From assembly GCA_951406725.2 (NCBI GenBank), contig OX597814.1, positions 4,650,001-4,714,000 of the forward strand: 64,000 nucleotides of DNA, read 5' to 3'. Below are positions 26,062-37,771 of the stretch, piece after piece. A program made the position numbers and the translations under genes. The notes beneath the pieces are model-generated. The model saw only the letters and a list, made by a program, of their open reading frames with translations, was not told the DNA's origin and searched no databases. The stretch is from Octopus vulgaris (Eukaryota). The stretch's first letter is position 1; every line of letters begins with the position of its first letter.

Positions 26062-28123
26062 AAGGCGGTGGGAGCTGGCAGAAACGTTAGCACGACGAGC
26101 AAAATGCTTAGCAGAGTTACGTTCTGAGTTCAAATTCGGCCGAGGTCGACTTTGCCTTTCATCCTTTCGGGGTCGATTAAATAAAGTACCAGTTACGCAC
26201 TGGGGTCGATATAATCGACTTAATCCGTTTCTCTGTCCTTGTTTGTCCCTTCTGAGTTTAGCCCCTTGTGGGTAGTAAAGAAATAGGTATTTCGTCTGCT
26301 GTTACGTTCTGAGTTCAAATTCGGCCGAGGTCGACTTTGCCTTTCATCCTTTCGGGGTCGATTAAATAAAGTACCAGTTACGCACTGGGGTCGATATAAT
26401 CGACTTAATCCGTTTCTCTGTCCTTGTTTGTCCCTTCTGAGTTTAGCCCCTTGTGGGTAGTAAAGAAATAGGTATTTCGTCTGCTGTTACGTTCTGAGTT
26501 CAAATTCGGCCGAGGTCGACTTTGCCTTTCATCCTTTCGGGGTCGATTAAATAAAGTACCAGTTACGCACTGGGGTCGATATAATCGACTTAATCCGTTT
26601 CTCTGTCCTTGTTTGTCCCTTCTGAGTTTAGCCCCTTGTGGGTAGTAAAGAAATAGGTATTTCGTCTGCTGTTACGTTCTGAGTTCAAATTCGGCCGAGG
26701 TCGACTTTGCCTTTCATCCTTTCGGGGTCGATTAAATAAAGTACCAGTTACGCACTGGGGTCGATATATAATCGACTTAATCCGTTTCTCTGTCCTTGTT
26801 TGTCCCTTCTGAGTTTAGCCCCTTGTGGGTAGTAAAGAAATAGGTATTTCGTCTGCTGTTACGTTCTGAGTTCAAATTCGGCCGAGGTCGACTTTGCCTT
26901 TCATCCTTTCGGGGTCGATTAAATAAAGTACCAGTTACGCACTGGGGTCGATATAATCGACTTAATCCGTTTCTCTGTCCTTGTTTGTCCCTTCTGAGTT
27001 TAGCCCCTTGTGGGTAGTAAAGAAATAGGTATTTCGTCTGCTGTTACGTTCTGAGTTCAAATTCGGCCGAGGTCGACTTTGCCTTTCATCCTTTCGGGGT
27101 CGATTAAATAAAGTACCAGTTACGCACTGGGGTCGATATATAATCGACTTAATCCGTTTCTCTGTCCTTGTTTGTCCCTTCTGAGTTTAGCCCCTTGTGG
27201 GTAGTAAAGAAATAGGTATTTCGTCTGCTGTTACGTTCTGAGTTCAAATTCGGCCGAGGTCGACTTTGCCTTTCATCCTTTCGGGGTCGATTAAATAAAG
27301 TACCAGTTACGCACTGGGGTCGATATAATCGACTTAATCCGTTTCTCTGTCCTTGTTTGTCCCTTCTGAGTTTAGCCCCTTGTGGGTAGTAAAGAAATAG
27401 GTATTTCGTCTGCTGTTACGTTCTGAGTTCAAATTCGGCCGAGGTCGACTTTGCCTTTCATCCTTTCGGGGTCGATTAAATAAAGTACCAGTTACGCACT
27501 GGGGTCGATATAATCGACTTAATCCGTTTCTCTGTCCTTGTTTGTCCCTTCTGTGTTTAGCCCCTTGTGGGTAGTAAAGAAATAGGTATTTCGTCTGCTG
27601 TTACGTTCTGAGTTCAAATTCGGCCGAGGTCGACTTTGCCTTTCATCCTTTCGGGGTCGATTAAATAAAGTACCAGTTACGCACTGGGGTCGATATAATC
27701 GACTTAATCCGTTTCTCTGTCCTTGTTTGTCCCTTCTGAGTTTAGCCCCTTGTGGGTAGTAAAGAAATAGGTATTTCGTCTGCTGTTACGTTCTGAGTTC
27801 AAATTCGGCCGAGGTCGACTTTGCCTTTCATCCTTTCGGGGTCGATTAAATAAAGTACCAGTTACGCACTGGGGTCGATGTAATCGACTTAATCCGTTTC
27901 TCTGTCCTTGTTTGTCCCTTCTGAGTTTAGCCCCTTGTGGGTAGTAAAGAAATAGGTATTTCGTCTGCTGTTACGTTCTGAGTTCAAATTCGGCCGAGGT
28001 CGACTTTGCCTTTCATCCTTGCGAGTCGATAGATTAAGTACCAGTTGCATACTGGGTTCAATCTAATCGACTGGCCCCCTACCTCAAAATTTCGGGCCTT
28101 GTGCCTAGAGTAGAAAAGAATAT
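26062..28123 (+). repeat. SINE A-derived tandem array: head + 10 x 185-bp units + terminal unit with alternative tail
   Basis: Unit starts at 26116, 26301, 26486, 26671, 26858, 27043, 27230, 27415, 27600, 27785, 27970. Units are nearly identical. Confidence 0.95.
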
Positions 28124-28145
28124 TTTGTCAATTTTTTTTACACTT

Positions 28146-28377
28146 TCTTTTCTTTTACTTGTTTCAGTTATTTGACTGCGGCCATGCTGGAGCACTCTCT
28201 TTAGTCGAGCAAATCGACCCCAGGACTTATTCTTTGTAAGCCTAGTGCTTACTCTATCGGTGTCTTGCCGAGCCGCTAAGTTACGGGAACGTAAACTCAC
28301 CAGAATCGGTTGTCAAGTGATGTTGGGGGGGGGGACACAGACACACAAGCATACACACACATATATACATACATACA

Positions 28378-28459
<82 letters not shown>

Positions 28460-28685
28460 GGAGTAAACACATAAATGTGAAACAAGGTGGAAAAAAGAGT
28501 ACTCAAATACCAGTGGTAGAGTAATATGCTTTATTTAAAGCAGCAGAAAATTCAACAAAACCTGTTACTCTGAGTTTCCCGTTGCCGTTCATCGGACAGT
28601 TTTTGCTAGCAAGAACTGTCCGATGAACGGCAACGGGAAACTCAGAGTAACAGGTTTTGTTGAATTTTCTGCTGCTTTAAATAAA

Positions 28686-28723
<38 letters not shown>

Positions 28724-28886
28724 GACGGGCTTCTTTTAGTTTCCGTCTACCAAATCCACTCACATGGCTTTGGTCGGCCCGAGGCTATAGTAGAAGACAC
28801 TTGCCCAAGGTGCCATGCATAGGGACTGAACCCGGAACCATGTGGTTGGTAAGCAAGCTTCTTACCACACAGTCGCTCCTGCGCCT
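28146..28886 (-). mobile_element. SINE B with a palindromic hammerhead element nested in its internal microsatellite
   Basis: Tail at 28146-28345, head at 28722-28886. Confidence 0.85.
28458..28691. mobile_element. palindromic hammerhead-bearing element, copy 1
   Basis: 168-bp palindrome at 28524-28691 centred on GCTAGC. Motif CTGT-CCGATGA-ACGGCAACGG-GAAA-CTCAGAG-TA-ACAG at 28616-28653. Confidence 0.8.
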
Positions 28887-29141
28887 TCTAATAATATAAT
28901 GTGCTTTTTTTAAACATCTGAGTAAAATGGGAATCAAAAGAGGTCCATAGGTAAAAAAGAGAAACATGGTTGAGAGCCTCACTTCTCTGTTTATTTTCTG
29001 GTGTCCCTTTCTGTTGAAGTGCATAGTCTCGAATCGCAAAAGACTTTCTCACCTTCCCGAGCGTCAAACTAACACACCTGCTTATTGTTTATACACCTGG
29101 CTTCGTCTTTTGATTTTTTTAGTAAATTTCAACTATATACA

Positions 29142-29529
<388 letters not shown>

Positions 29530-29806
29530 ATATGTATATATATATACTTAACTGGCCTTTTCCCGCCTGCCAAATTTGGTCGGCCCGGGGTTATAGTAAA
29601 AGAGACTTGCCCTCGGCGTCATGCAGTGGGACTCCTCAAACCAGAACCTTGTGGTTGGGAGACCAACTTCTTATCACACAGCTACACCCACACCCACACT
29701 CTCATCTTAGCATTTGTAATATTATCGATATTGCGGACAGGAAATTGATAGATTCTCAGAGTTGTGACAGTTACAATATATTGGCAAAAAAAGGTGGTGT
29801 TTTGGC

Positions 29807-30497
29807 AGAATGATGGATAGCGCAGTGCTCCAGCATGGCCGCAGTCAAATGAACTGAAACAAATAAAAGATAAAAGATAAGGAGACATTGGACAGAATCG
29901 GTGGAGCGACCGAGAAAACGGTGGTGCATGGGGTAGGATTGGTAGAATGATGGATAGCGCAGTGTTCCAGCATGGCCGCAGTCAAATGAACTGAAACAAA
30001 TAAAAGATAAAAGATAAGGAGACATTGGACAGAATCGGTGGAGCGACCGAGAAAACGGTGGTGCATGGGGTAGGATTGGTAGAATGATGGATAGCGCAGT
30101 GCTCCAGCATGGCCGCAGTCAAATGAACTGAAACAAATAAAAGATAAAAGATAAGGAGACATTGGACAGAATCGGTGGAGCGACCGAGAAAACGGTGGTG
30201 CATGGGGTAGGATTGGTAGAATGATGGATAGCGCAGTGCTCCAGCATGGCCGCAGTCAAATGAACTGAAACAAATAAAAGATAAAAGATAAGGAGACATT
30301 GGACAGAATCGGTGGAGCGACCGAGAAAACGGTGGTGCATGGGGTAGGATTGGTAGAATGATGGATAGCGCAGTGCTCCAGCATGGCCGCAGTCAAATGA
30401 ACTGAAACAAATAAAAGATAAAAGATAAGGAGACATTGGACAGAATCGGTGGAGCGACCGAGAAAACGGTGGTGCATGGGGTAGGATTGGTAGAATG
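29807..30497. repeat. 137-bp tandem repeat x5 containing the SINE B 3' tail
   Basis: Units start at 29807, 29944, 30081, 30218, 30355 and are almost identical. Confidence 0.95.
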
Positions 30498-30657
30498 GTG
30501 GAGAAAATGGTGAAAGATTGGGAGAATTGGTAGAGCGAAAAATGAAATATCATAGATTTAGTTTTATACATCTTTTACCTTTCTGGGTAGAAATACCCAC
30601 CCCGGGGTTAAGTTTTCCTTTCATCATGTAACGTGACAGTCATATACTAGTTATATA

Positions 30658-31253
30658 GGGCGGCGAGCTGGCAGAATGGTTAGCACGCCGGGCGAAATAC
30701 TTAGCGGTATTTCATCTGCCGTTACGTTCTGAGTTCAAAATAGCCGAGGTCAACTTTGCCTTTCAACCTTTCGAGGTCGATTAAATAAGTACCAGTTATA
30801 CACTGGGGTCGATGTAATCGACTTAATCCGTTTGTCTGTGCTTGTTTGTCCTCTCTGTGTTTAGCTCCTTGTGGGTAGTAAAGAAATAGGTATTTCGTTT
30901 GCCGTTGCGTTCTGAGCTCAAATTCCGCCGAGGTCGACTTTGCCTTTCATCCTTTCGAGGTCGATTAAATAAGTACCAGTTACGCACTGGGGTCGATATA
31001 ATCGACTTAATCCGTTTGTCTGTGCTTGTTTGTCCTCTCTGTGTTTGGCCCCTTTTGGGTAGTAAAGAAATAGGTATTTCGTTTGCCGTTGCGTTCTGAG
31101 TTCAAATTCCGCCGAGGTCGACCTATCATCCTTCCGGGGTTGATTAAATAAGTATCAGTTACGCACTGGGGTCGATGTAATCGACTTAATCCGTTTGTCT
31201 GTCCTTGTTTGTCCCTTCTATGTTTAGCCCCGTGTGGGCAATAAAAGAAATAA
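30658..31253 (+). mobile_element. SINE A trimer with TSD
   Basis: ATATAC(T/C)AGTTATATA flanks both ends. Confidence 0.88.
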
Positions 31254-31639
31254 ATATACCAGTTATATACTGAGGATAGTTTTAACCAACACGTTATGTC
31301 TGTCACAACTTTGAGTCTGCCCATTTTGCAAATTTCTGACCTGTCTCTAAGTTAGAAGTCATAGAAACGTTTGTTGGTGCCAATGTATCAATCCAATATA
31401 GATGTTTCATATTAAAGAGGAAAGAAATTAGCAACCTGCCAGGAATACCGCCACGTTTCTATTACACTTAACATAGAAGGAATTAGCAACCCGAGAGACT
31501 CGTTGGTATTTCTGTCACACCTGAAACATGATGAAATTTGCAATGAGCTACAAATACGTTTTTTGGTATTCTAAAATGGTGAAGCGTTGGAATTCGGAAA
31601 CTGAGTCCAACTCATTTCTATTCCTTCCATTCATCCAAT

Positions 31640-31642
31640 CCT

Positions 31643-31683
<41 letters not shown>

Positions 31684-31823
31684 TCTCACTCTTTCTTTCT
31701 TTCTTTCTTTCTTACTTTCATTCACTCTCTGTCTCTCTCTGTTTCTCTCACTTTCACTCTCTCTTACACTCTCTCTCACTCTCTCTCATCCTTTCTTTCT
31801 TTCTTTCTCTCTCTCTCTCTCAC

Positions 31824-31867
<44 letters not shown>

Positions 31868-32951
31868 ACTTTCATTCACTCTCTGTCTCTCTCTGTTTCT
31901 CTCGCTTTCACTCTCTCTTACACTCTCTCTCACTCTCTCTCACCCTTTCTTTCTTTCTTTCTTTCTCTCTCTCACTCTTTCTTTCTTTCTTTCTTTCTTA
32001 CTTTCATTCACTCTCTGTCTCTCTCTGTTTCTCTCGCTTTCACTCTCTCTTACACTCTCTCTCACTCTCTCTCACCCTTTCTTTCTTTCTTTCTTTCTCT
32101 CTCTCTCTCACTCTCTCTCACTCTTTCTTTCTTTCTTACTTTCTTTCTTTCTTACTTTCATTCACTCTCTGTCTCTCTCTGTTTCTCTCACTTTCACTCT
32201 CTCTTACACTCTCTCTCACTCTCTCTCACCCTTTCTTTCTTTCTTTCTCTCTCTCACTCTCTCTCACTCTTTCTTTCTTTCTTACTTTCTTTCTTTCTTA
32301 CTTTCATTCACTCTCTGTCTCTCTCTGTTTCTCTCACTTTCACTCTCTCTTACACTCTCTCTCACTCTCTCTCACCCTTTCTTTCTTTCTTTCTTTCTTT
32401 CTCTCTCTCTCTCACTCTCTCTCACTCTTTCTTTCTTTCTTACTTTCTTTCTTTCTTACTTTCATTCACTCTCTGTCTCTCTCTGTTTCTCTCGCTTTCA
32501 CTCTCTCTTACACTCTCTCTCACTCTCTCTCACCCTTTCTTTCTTTCTTTCTCTCTCTCTCTCACTCTCTCTCACTCTTTCTTTCTTTCTTTCTTTCTTT
32601 CTTACTTTCATTCACTCTCTGTCTCTCTCTGTTTCTCTCGCTTTCACTCTCTCTTACACTCTCTCTCACTCTCTCTCTCACCCTTTCTTTCTTTCTTTCT
32701 TTCTCTCTCTCTCTCACTCTCTCTCACTCTTTCTTTCTTTCTTACTTTCATTCACACTCTGTCTCTCTCTGTTTCTCTCGCTTTCACTCTCTCTTACACT
32801 CTCTCTCACTATCTCTCACCCTTTCTTTCTTTCTCTCTCTTTTTCTCTCTCTCACTCTCTCTCACTCTTTCTTTATTTCCATCTTTCTTTGTTTATTACT
32901 TTCATTCACTCTCTGTCTCTATCTGTTTCTCTCACTTTCACTCTCTCTTAC

Positions 32952-32985
<34 letters not shown>

Positions 32986-33005
32986 CTCTCTCCCCCTCTC
33001 CCTCT
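31640..33005. repeat. pyrimidine-rich higher-order satellite
   Basis: About 9 variable-length units anchored by CTTTCATTCACTCTCTGTCTCTCTCTGTTTCTCTC, with (CT)n and (CTTT)n spacers. Confidence 0.9.
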
Positions 33006-33475
33006 CTTAAAGTACGACAAATGGTAACAATTTATGAGTAGAATGTTGTTTAGCCCCCAGCGAGCCAAACCGAGCGCGCATAGTGTATCTAGGACTACAT
33101 TGATGATTGTGTAAATCCTTTTGTCGGGTGGTAGCGCCTGATTTGAGGTAGTTGCGGCTGCTATTTCGAGGAGATACAGCGACTGCATAGACGAGCCAAT
33201 TCCGATTGTGTTGTGATGCAACACGAAGACGGATTAGCCTGGGGCTAAACACCAGCGACCAACCACTGTGGGGAGGTCGGATTATTGTTGTTGTTGAGTG
33301 AGGTAGAGGTAGTGGTGGCGGCGGTGACGGTGGTGGTATTGGTGACGGTGGTGGTGGTGGTGGTGGCGGCGGTGGTGGTGCTAGTGGTGGTGACTGTTGT
33401 AATAGTGGCGGTGGTGTTGGTAGTGGTGGTGGTGGTGACTGTTGTAATAGAGGCCGTGGTGTTGGTAGAAGTGCA

Positions 33476-33891
33476 AGGCGGCGAGATGGCAGAATCGTTA
33501 GCACGTCGGACGAAATGCTTAGCGGTATTTCATCTGTCTTTACGTTTTGAGTTCAAATTCCTCCGAGGTCGACTTTGCCCTTCATCATTTCAGGGTCGAT
33601 TAAATAAGTACCAGTTATGCACTGGAGTTGGTGTAATCGACTTAATACCTATGTCTGCCCTTGTTTGTCCCCTCTATGTTTAGCCCCTTGTGGGTAATAA
33701 AGAAATAGGTATTTCATCTGTCTTTACGTTCAGAGTTCAAATTCCTCCGAGGTCGACTTTGCCCTTCATCATTTCAGGGTCGATTAAATAAGTACCAGTT
33801 ACGCACTGGGGTTGATATAATCGACTTAATCCGTTTGTCTGCCCTTGTTTGTCCTCTCTGTGTTTAGCCCCTTGTGGGCAGTAAAGAAATA
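33476..33891 (+). mobile_element. SINE A dimer with 18-bp TSD
   Basis: GGTGTTGGTAGAAGTGCA at 33458-33475 and 33892-33909. Confidence 0.9.
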
Positions 33892-34814
33892 GGTGTTGGT
33901 AGAAGTGCAGGTGATTGTATCGTTCGTCATAAACGTGGCTGTGGTGTTGGTGGTGGTGGTGATTGGTAGTGGTGGTGGCGGTGGCGGCGGCGGCGGTGGA
34001 GATGTAAGGATCACTGCTATTTTTTACTCTCCCATTCTGAGTTGCCAAGATTTGTCTGCGGCGGTTAATAAAGGGGCTGGTTGTGGGGGGGTTGAACGTT
34101 AGACCCAACATGGCTGACACGATGGTGGGGTCAGCGGTGAGACGGGGGAGCGGGAGTGGCACGTGACCAGTTGCTGAGAACTGAACCGTCGTTTAATTCT
34201 GAAGAGGAAGTGAAGTGGTTCCGAGAGATTCCCAGGAATAGCGACGCCAAAGCTTTTAGTTGATGGACTCGCGGTCGTAGGATCGCGGTTTCGATTTCCA
34301 GACTGGACGTTATGAGTGTTTATTGGGCGAAAACACCCAAAGCTCCACGAGGCTCCGGCAAGATTATCTAAATCCTTTTAAAGTCAAGTTTTGTTTATAC
34401 TCCATTCAAGCAGTGAGTTCTTGTTGAGTGAGTTGTATCCAGGTATGGGTGGCTTATCTGGTAACCCTTGAAGAAATCTGTCCAGACTCCGTTTATGCTT
34501 TCGGTGCGAATGGGGTTTTTTTTATACGGCGCCGTGTTTTACAATCCAGAAAATAATAATAATGGTATTTTTATATAAGCTCAAAGCTTATTGTGATCAC
34601 CGTGCAATGACTAAGGAAAATAGTCTAATAAAGGGACATATAAGGCCTCAAGAGAAAAAGTAAAGAAGGCTTTCCTATGCGCGTAGTGCACGAACACGCA
34701 TCCCTTTGCTAACGTGTGTTATCTTTACATCAGCGGATAAGGAAAACTTTCTCTTTTCTGTCGAGGTCGTATATCCCTCTTTATTAGATTATTATCCCTA
34801 GTCATTGCGCGGTG

Positions 34815-34857
<43 letters not shown>

Positions 34858-34860
<3 letters not shown>

Positions 34861-35060
34861 CGGGAAGCTTTATGAAAATAAACAAAAGACGAAGGCAGGT
34901 GGAATACAAACAAACGATTGTATTAGTATGGCGCTCAGGAATATAAATAAAACAAGTCTTTTACGTTTCGAGCCTACGCTCTTCGATGAAAGATACACAG
35001 AAAAGAAACACGGAGAGAGACAAGGAGAGAAAAAAAATGCGTGCAGAAGCTAGCGAATCA
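34858..35060 (-). mobile_element. (TA)n-embedded variant-hammerhead element (same family as 3138-3327)
   Basis: Near-identical reverse complement of 3138-3327, with a degenerate core. Confidence 0.7.
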
Positions 35061-35076
35061 ATATATATATATATAT

Positions 35077-35213
35077 AGACGTAGGAGTGGCTATGTGGTA
35101 AGTAGCTTGCTTACCAACCACATGGTTCCGGGTTCCGTCTCACTGCGTGGCATCTTGGGCAAGTGTCTTTGTGAGTGGATTTGGTAGACGGAAACTGAAA
35201 GAAGCCCGTCGTA

Positions 35214-35290
<77 letters not shown>

Positions 35291-35515
35291 GTATGTGTGT
35301 ATATATGTTTGTGTGTCTGTGTTTGTCTCCCCTCAACATCATTTGACAACTGGTGTGTTTACGTCCCCGTAACTTAGCGGTTCGGCACAAGAGACCGATA
35401 GAATAAGTACTAGGCTTACAAAGAATAAGTCCTGGGGTCGATTTGCTCGACTAGAGGCGGTGCCCCAGCATGGCCACAGCCACATGACTGAAACAAGTAA
35501 AAAGAGTAAAAAAAG
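35077..35515 (+). mobile_element. SINE B
   Basis: Head, internal (TA)n and tail present. Confidence 0.85.
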
Positions 35516-35611
<96 letters not shown>

Positions 35612-36069
35612 ATGATAAATCTCAGAGCGAGTTATAAACAGTAGCAGCAACACATCGTGACGTATATTTGCCATTTGAATATGGCTAACCCCTAAGGGTG
35701 GATGCTACTGTAGTTTGTAGCCCCGGGAGGACACCTCCTCCAGCCGACTATAGACACACTTTCTGTGCCCTATCAGTATTTGCGAAGGGAAGCCATCCTT
35801 CCCGTCTTCAACTTATGATACACACGGACTCGAGTTTCAGGGTAATGACCCGTCATTGGCGTGTGACAATCATAGTTGTCGGTTGTCAACATAACGTGGC
35901 TGTGGTGTTGTTGTTGTTGTAGTAGTAGTTGGTACAACCAAGAACAAACATTAGGAAAACTGGAAGAAGTCTTCAACGTTTCGAGCCGAGTCTCTTTTAG
36001 AGAAAGGAACGAGGAGAGAAAATACTGACGGAAAGAAGAAAGAAAAAAACAACGGTGAAGATAACAAGC

Positions 36070-36480
36070 GTGTATGTATGTATGTATGTATGTATGTATG
36101 TATGTATGTATGTATGTATGTATGTATGTATGTATGTATGTATGTATGTATGTATGTATGTGTGTATGTATGTGTGTATGTATGTATGTATGTATGTGTG
36201 TATGTATGTATGTGTGTGTGTACGTATGTATGTATGTATGTATATATGTATGTATGTATGTATGTGTGTGTGTATGTATGTGTGTATGTGTGTATGTATG
36301 TGTGTATGTATGTATGTATGTATATATGTATATATGTATGTATGTTTGCATGTATGTATGTATGTATGTGTGTATGTGTGTATGTATGTATGTATGTGTG
36401 TATGTATGTATGTATGTATGTATGTGTGTGTGTATGTATGTATGTGTGTATGTATGCATGTATGTATGTATGTATGTATG

Positions 36481-36514
<34 letters not shown>

Positions 36515-36628
36515 TGCATGTATGTATGTATGTATATATGTATATATGTATGTATGTATGCATGTATGTATGTATATATGTATATATGTATGCATGTATG
36601 TATATATGTATGTATGTATGTATGTATG
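36070..36628. repeat. (TATG)n microsatellite, ~560 bp
   Basis: Direct reading. Confidence 0.95.
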
Positions 36629-36629
36629 T

Positions 36630-37185
36630 CAGGTCACTTTCGAGTGCTACTGGTAACATGTAACCCAGTACAACCTGTTGCATGGTCGGGCCGTCGGCGA
36701 CTAAACCGGCAACCCCACCAAGCTTGCTTGGTGAGGAGGGTGTTTATTGGACACCCTGCGGGATGAAAAACAAAACCCGTCAAAGGGCGGAGGAACTCTT
36801 GAGAGTCAACGGCCATCCAATAAATGTCTTAAGGCTGTATCATGCGCGGGGACATAGAAATAATCGGACTGAATACCCGATCGCCCGGTTAAACCATTGG
36901 GAGTGAAGGACTCCTAGCCTTTGTTAGGGCATCCTTCTAGGAGAAGGTAACTCAGGTAACAGGGATAACTCTGACATAAAACCTGCGGCTCAGTGGTTAC
37001 CGATGATGTTTACTTGTTCTTCTTTTCGTATTATGGCTGCTGTTGCTTAGTGAGTGGGATTGACTCAGTGCACAGCCTTTCCTCACTTAAAAAAAAAATC
37101 TTCTTGCACAGGCATTGCACGATAACAACATTGATTAAGCTTCGTGTAATGGCCATACTCGATAACGAGCGGGCAGCCACCACAT
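36630..37185 (+). mobile_element. non-autonomous RTE-like derivative (5'UTR-like part + 3' tail)
   Basis: TTAGGGCATCCTTCTAGGAGAAGGTAACTC resembles RTE 5'UTR motifs. The 3' 50 bp match 5041-5085. Embedded in microsatellite. Confidence 0.4.
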
Positions 37186-37223
37186 ATACATATATTATAT
37201 ATGTGTGTGGTGTGTGTGTTTGA

Positions 37224-37261
<38 letters not shown>

Positions 37262-37265
37262 TATG

Positions 37266-37338
<73 letters not shown>

Positions 37339-37599
37339 TCGATTATGGTAACGTTAGGGGTATGAAAAACCCACATTCGCCTTCATATTGGCAAGGAGTA
37401 ATAAACCTCCCTCTGTGATTCACCCAATAATGCAGTATCCCCAGATGAAATGGATCAATGGTGATTATCAACCGGATACCCAAGGATAATATGGACTATA
37501 CCATACGAATCCCAATGATACGGACTCTGATGTAAAAATCATGTGATTTGCTGAAACGTGAGTAGCGATGTATTAAATATTTAAAAATTCAATCTCAGA

Positions 37600-37667
<68 letters not shown>

Positions 37668-37679
37668 TGTTATTATTAT

Positions 37680-37717
<38 letters not shown>

Positions 37718-37771
37718 CTGCTGCTGCTGCTGTTGTTGTTGTTGTTGTTGTTATTATTATTATTATTATTA

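Noticed and set aside
26116-28123. CRISPR-like array
   Set aside because: Units are identical throughout with no unique spacers. The array is SINE-derived, in a eukaryotic context with no cas genes.
29807-30497. Repeated 105-aa ORFs or CRISPR-like repeat
   Set aside because: Plain tandem repeat. The ORFs recur only because of the 137-bp period.
31528-33027. 499-aa ORF
   Set aside because: Translation of a CT-rich satellite that lacks stop codons by composition. Not a credible gene.
35773-36766. Multiple 200+ aa ORFs (YIHT/MYVC repeats), and similar YI, CV, poly-I and poly-L ORFs elsewhere
   Set aside because: Microsatellite translations.
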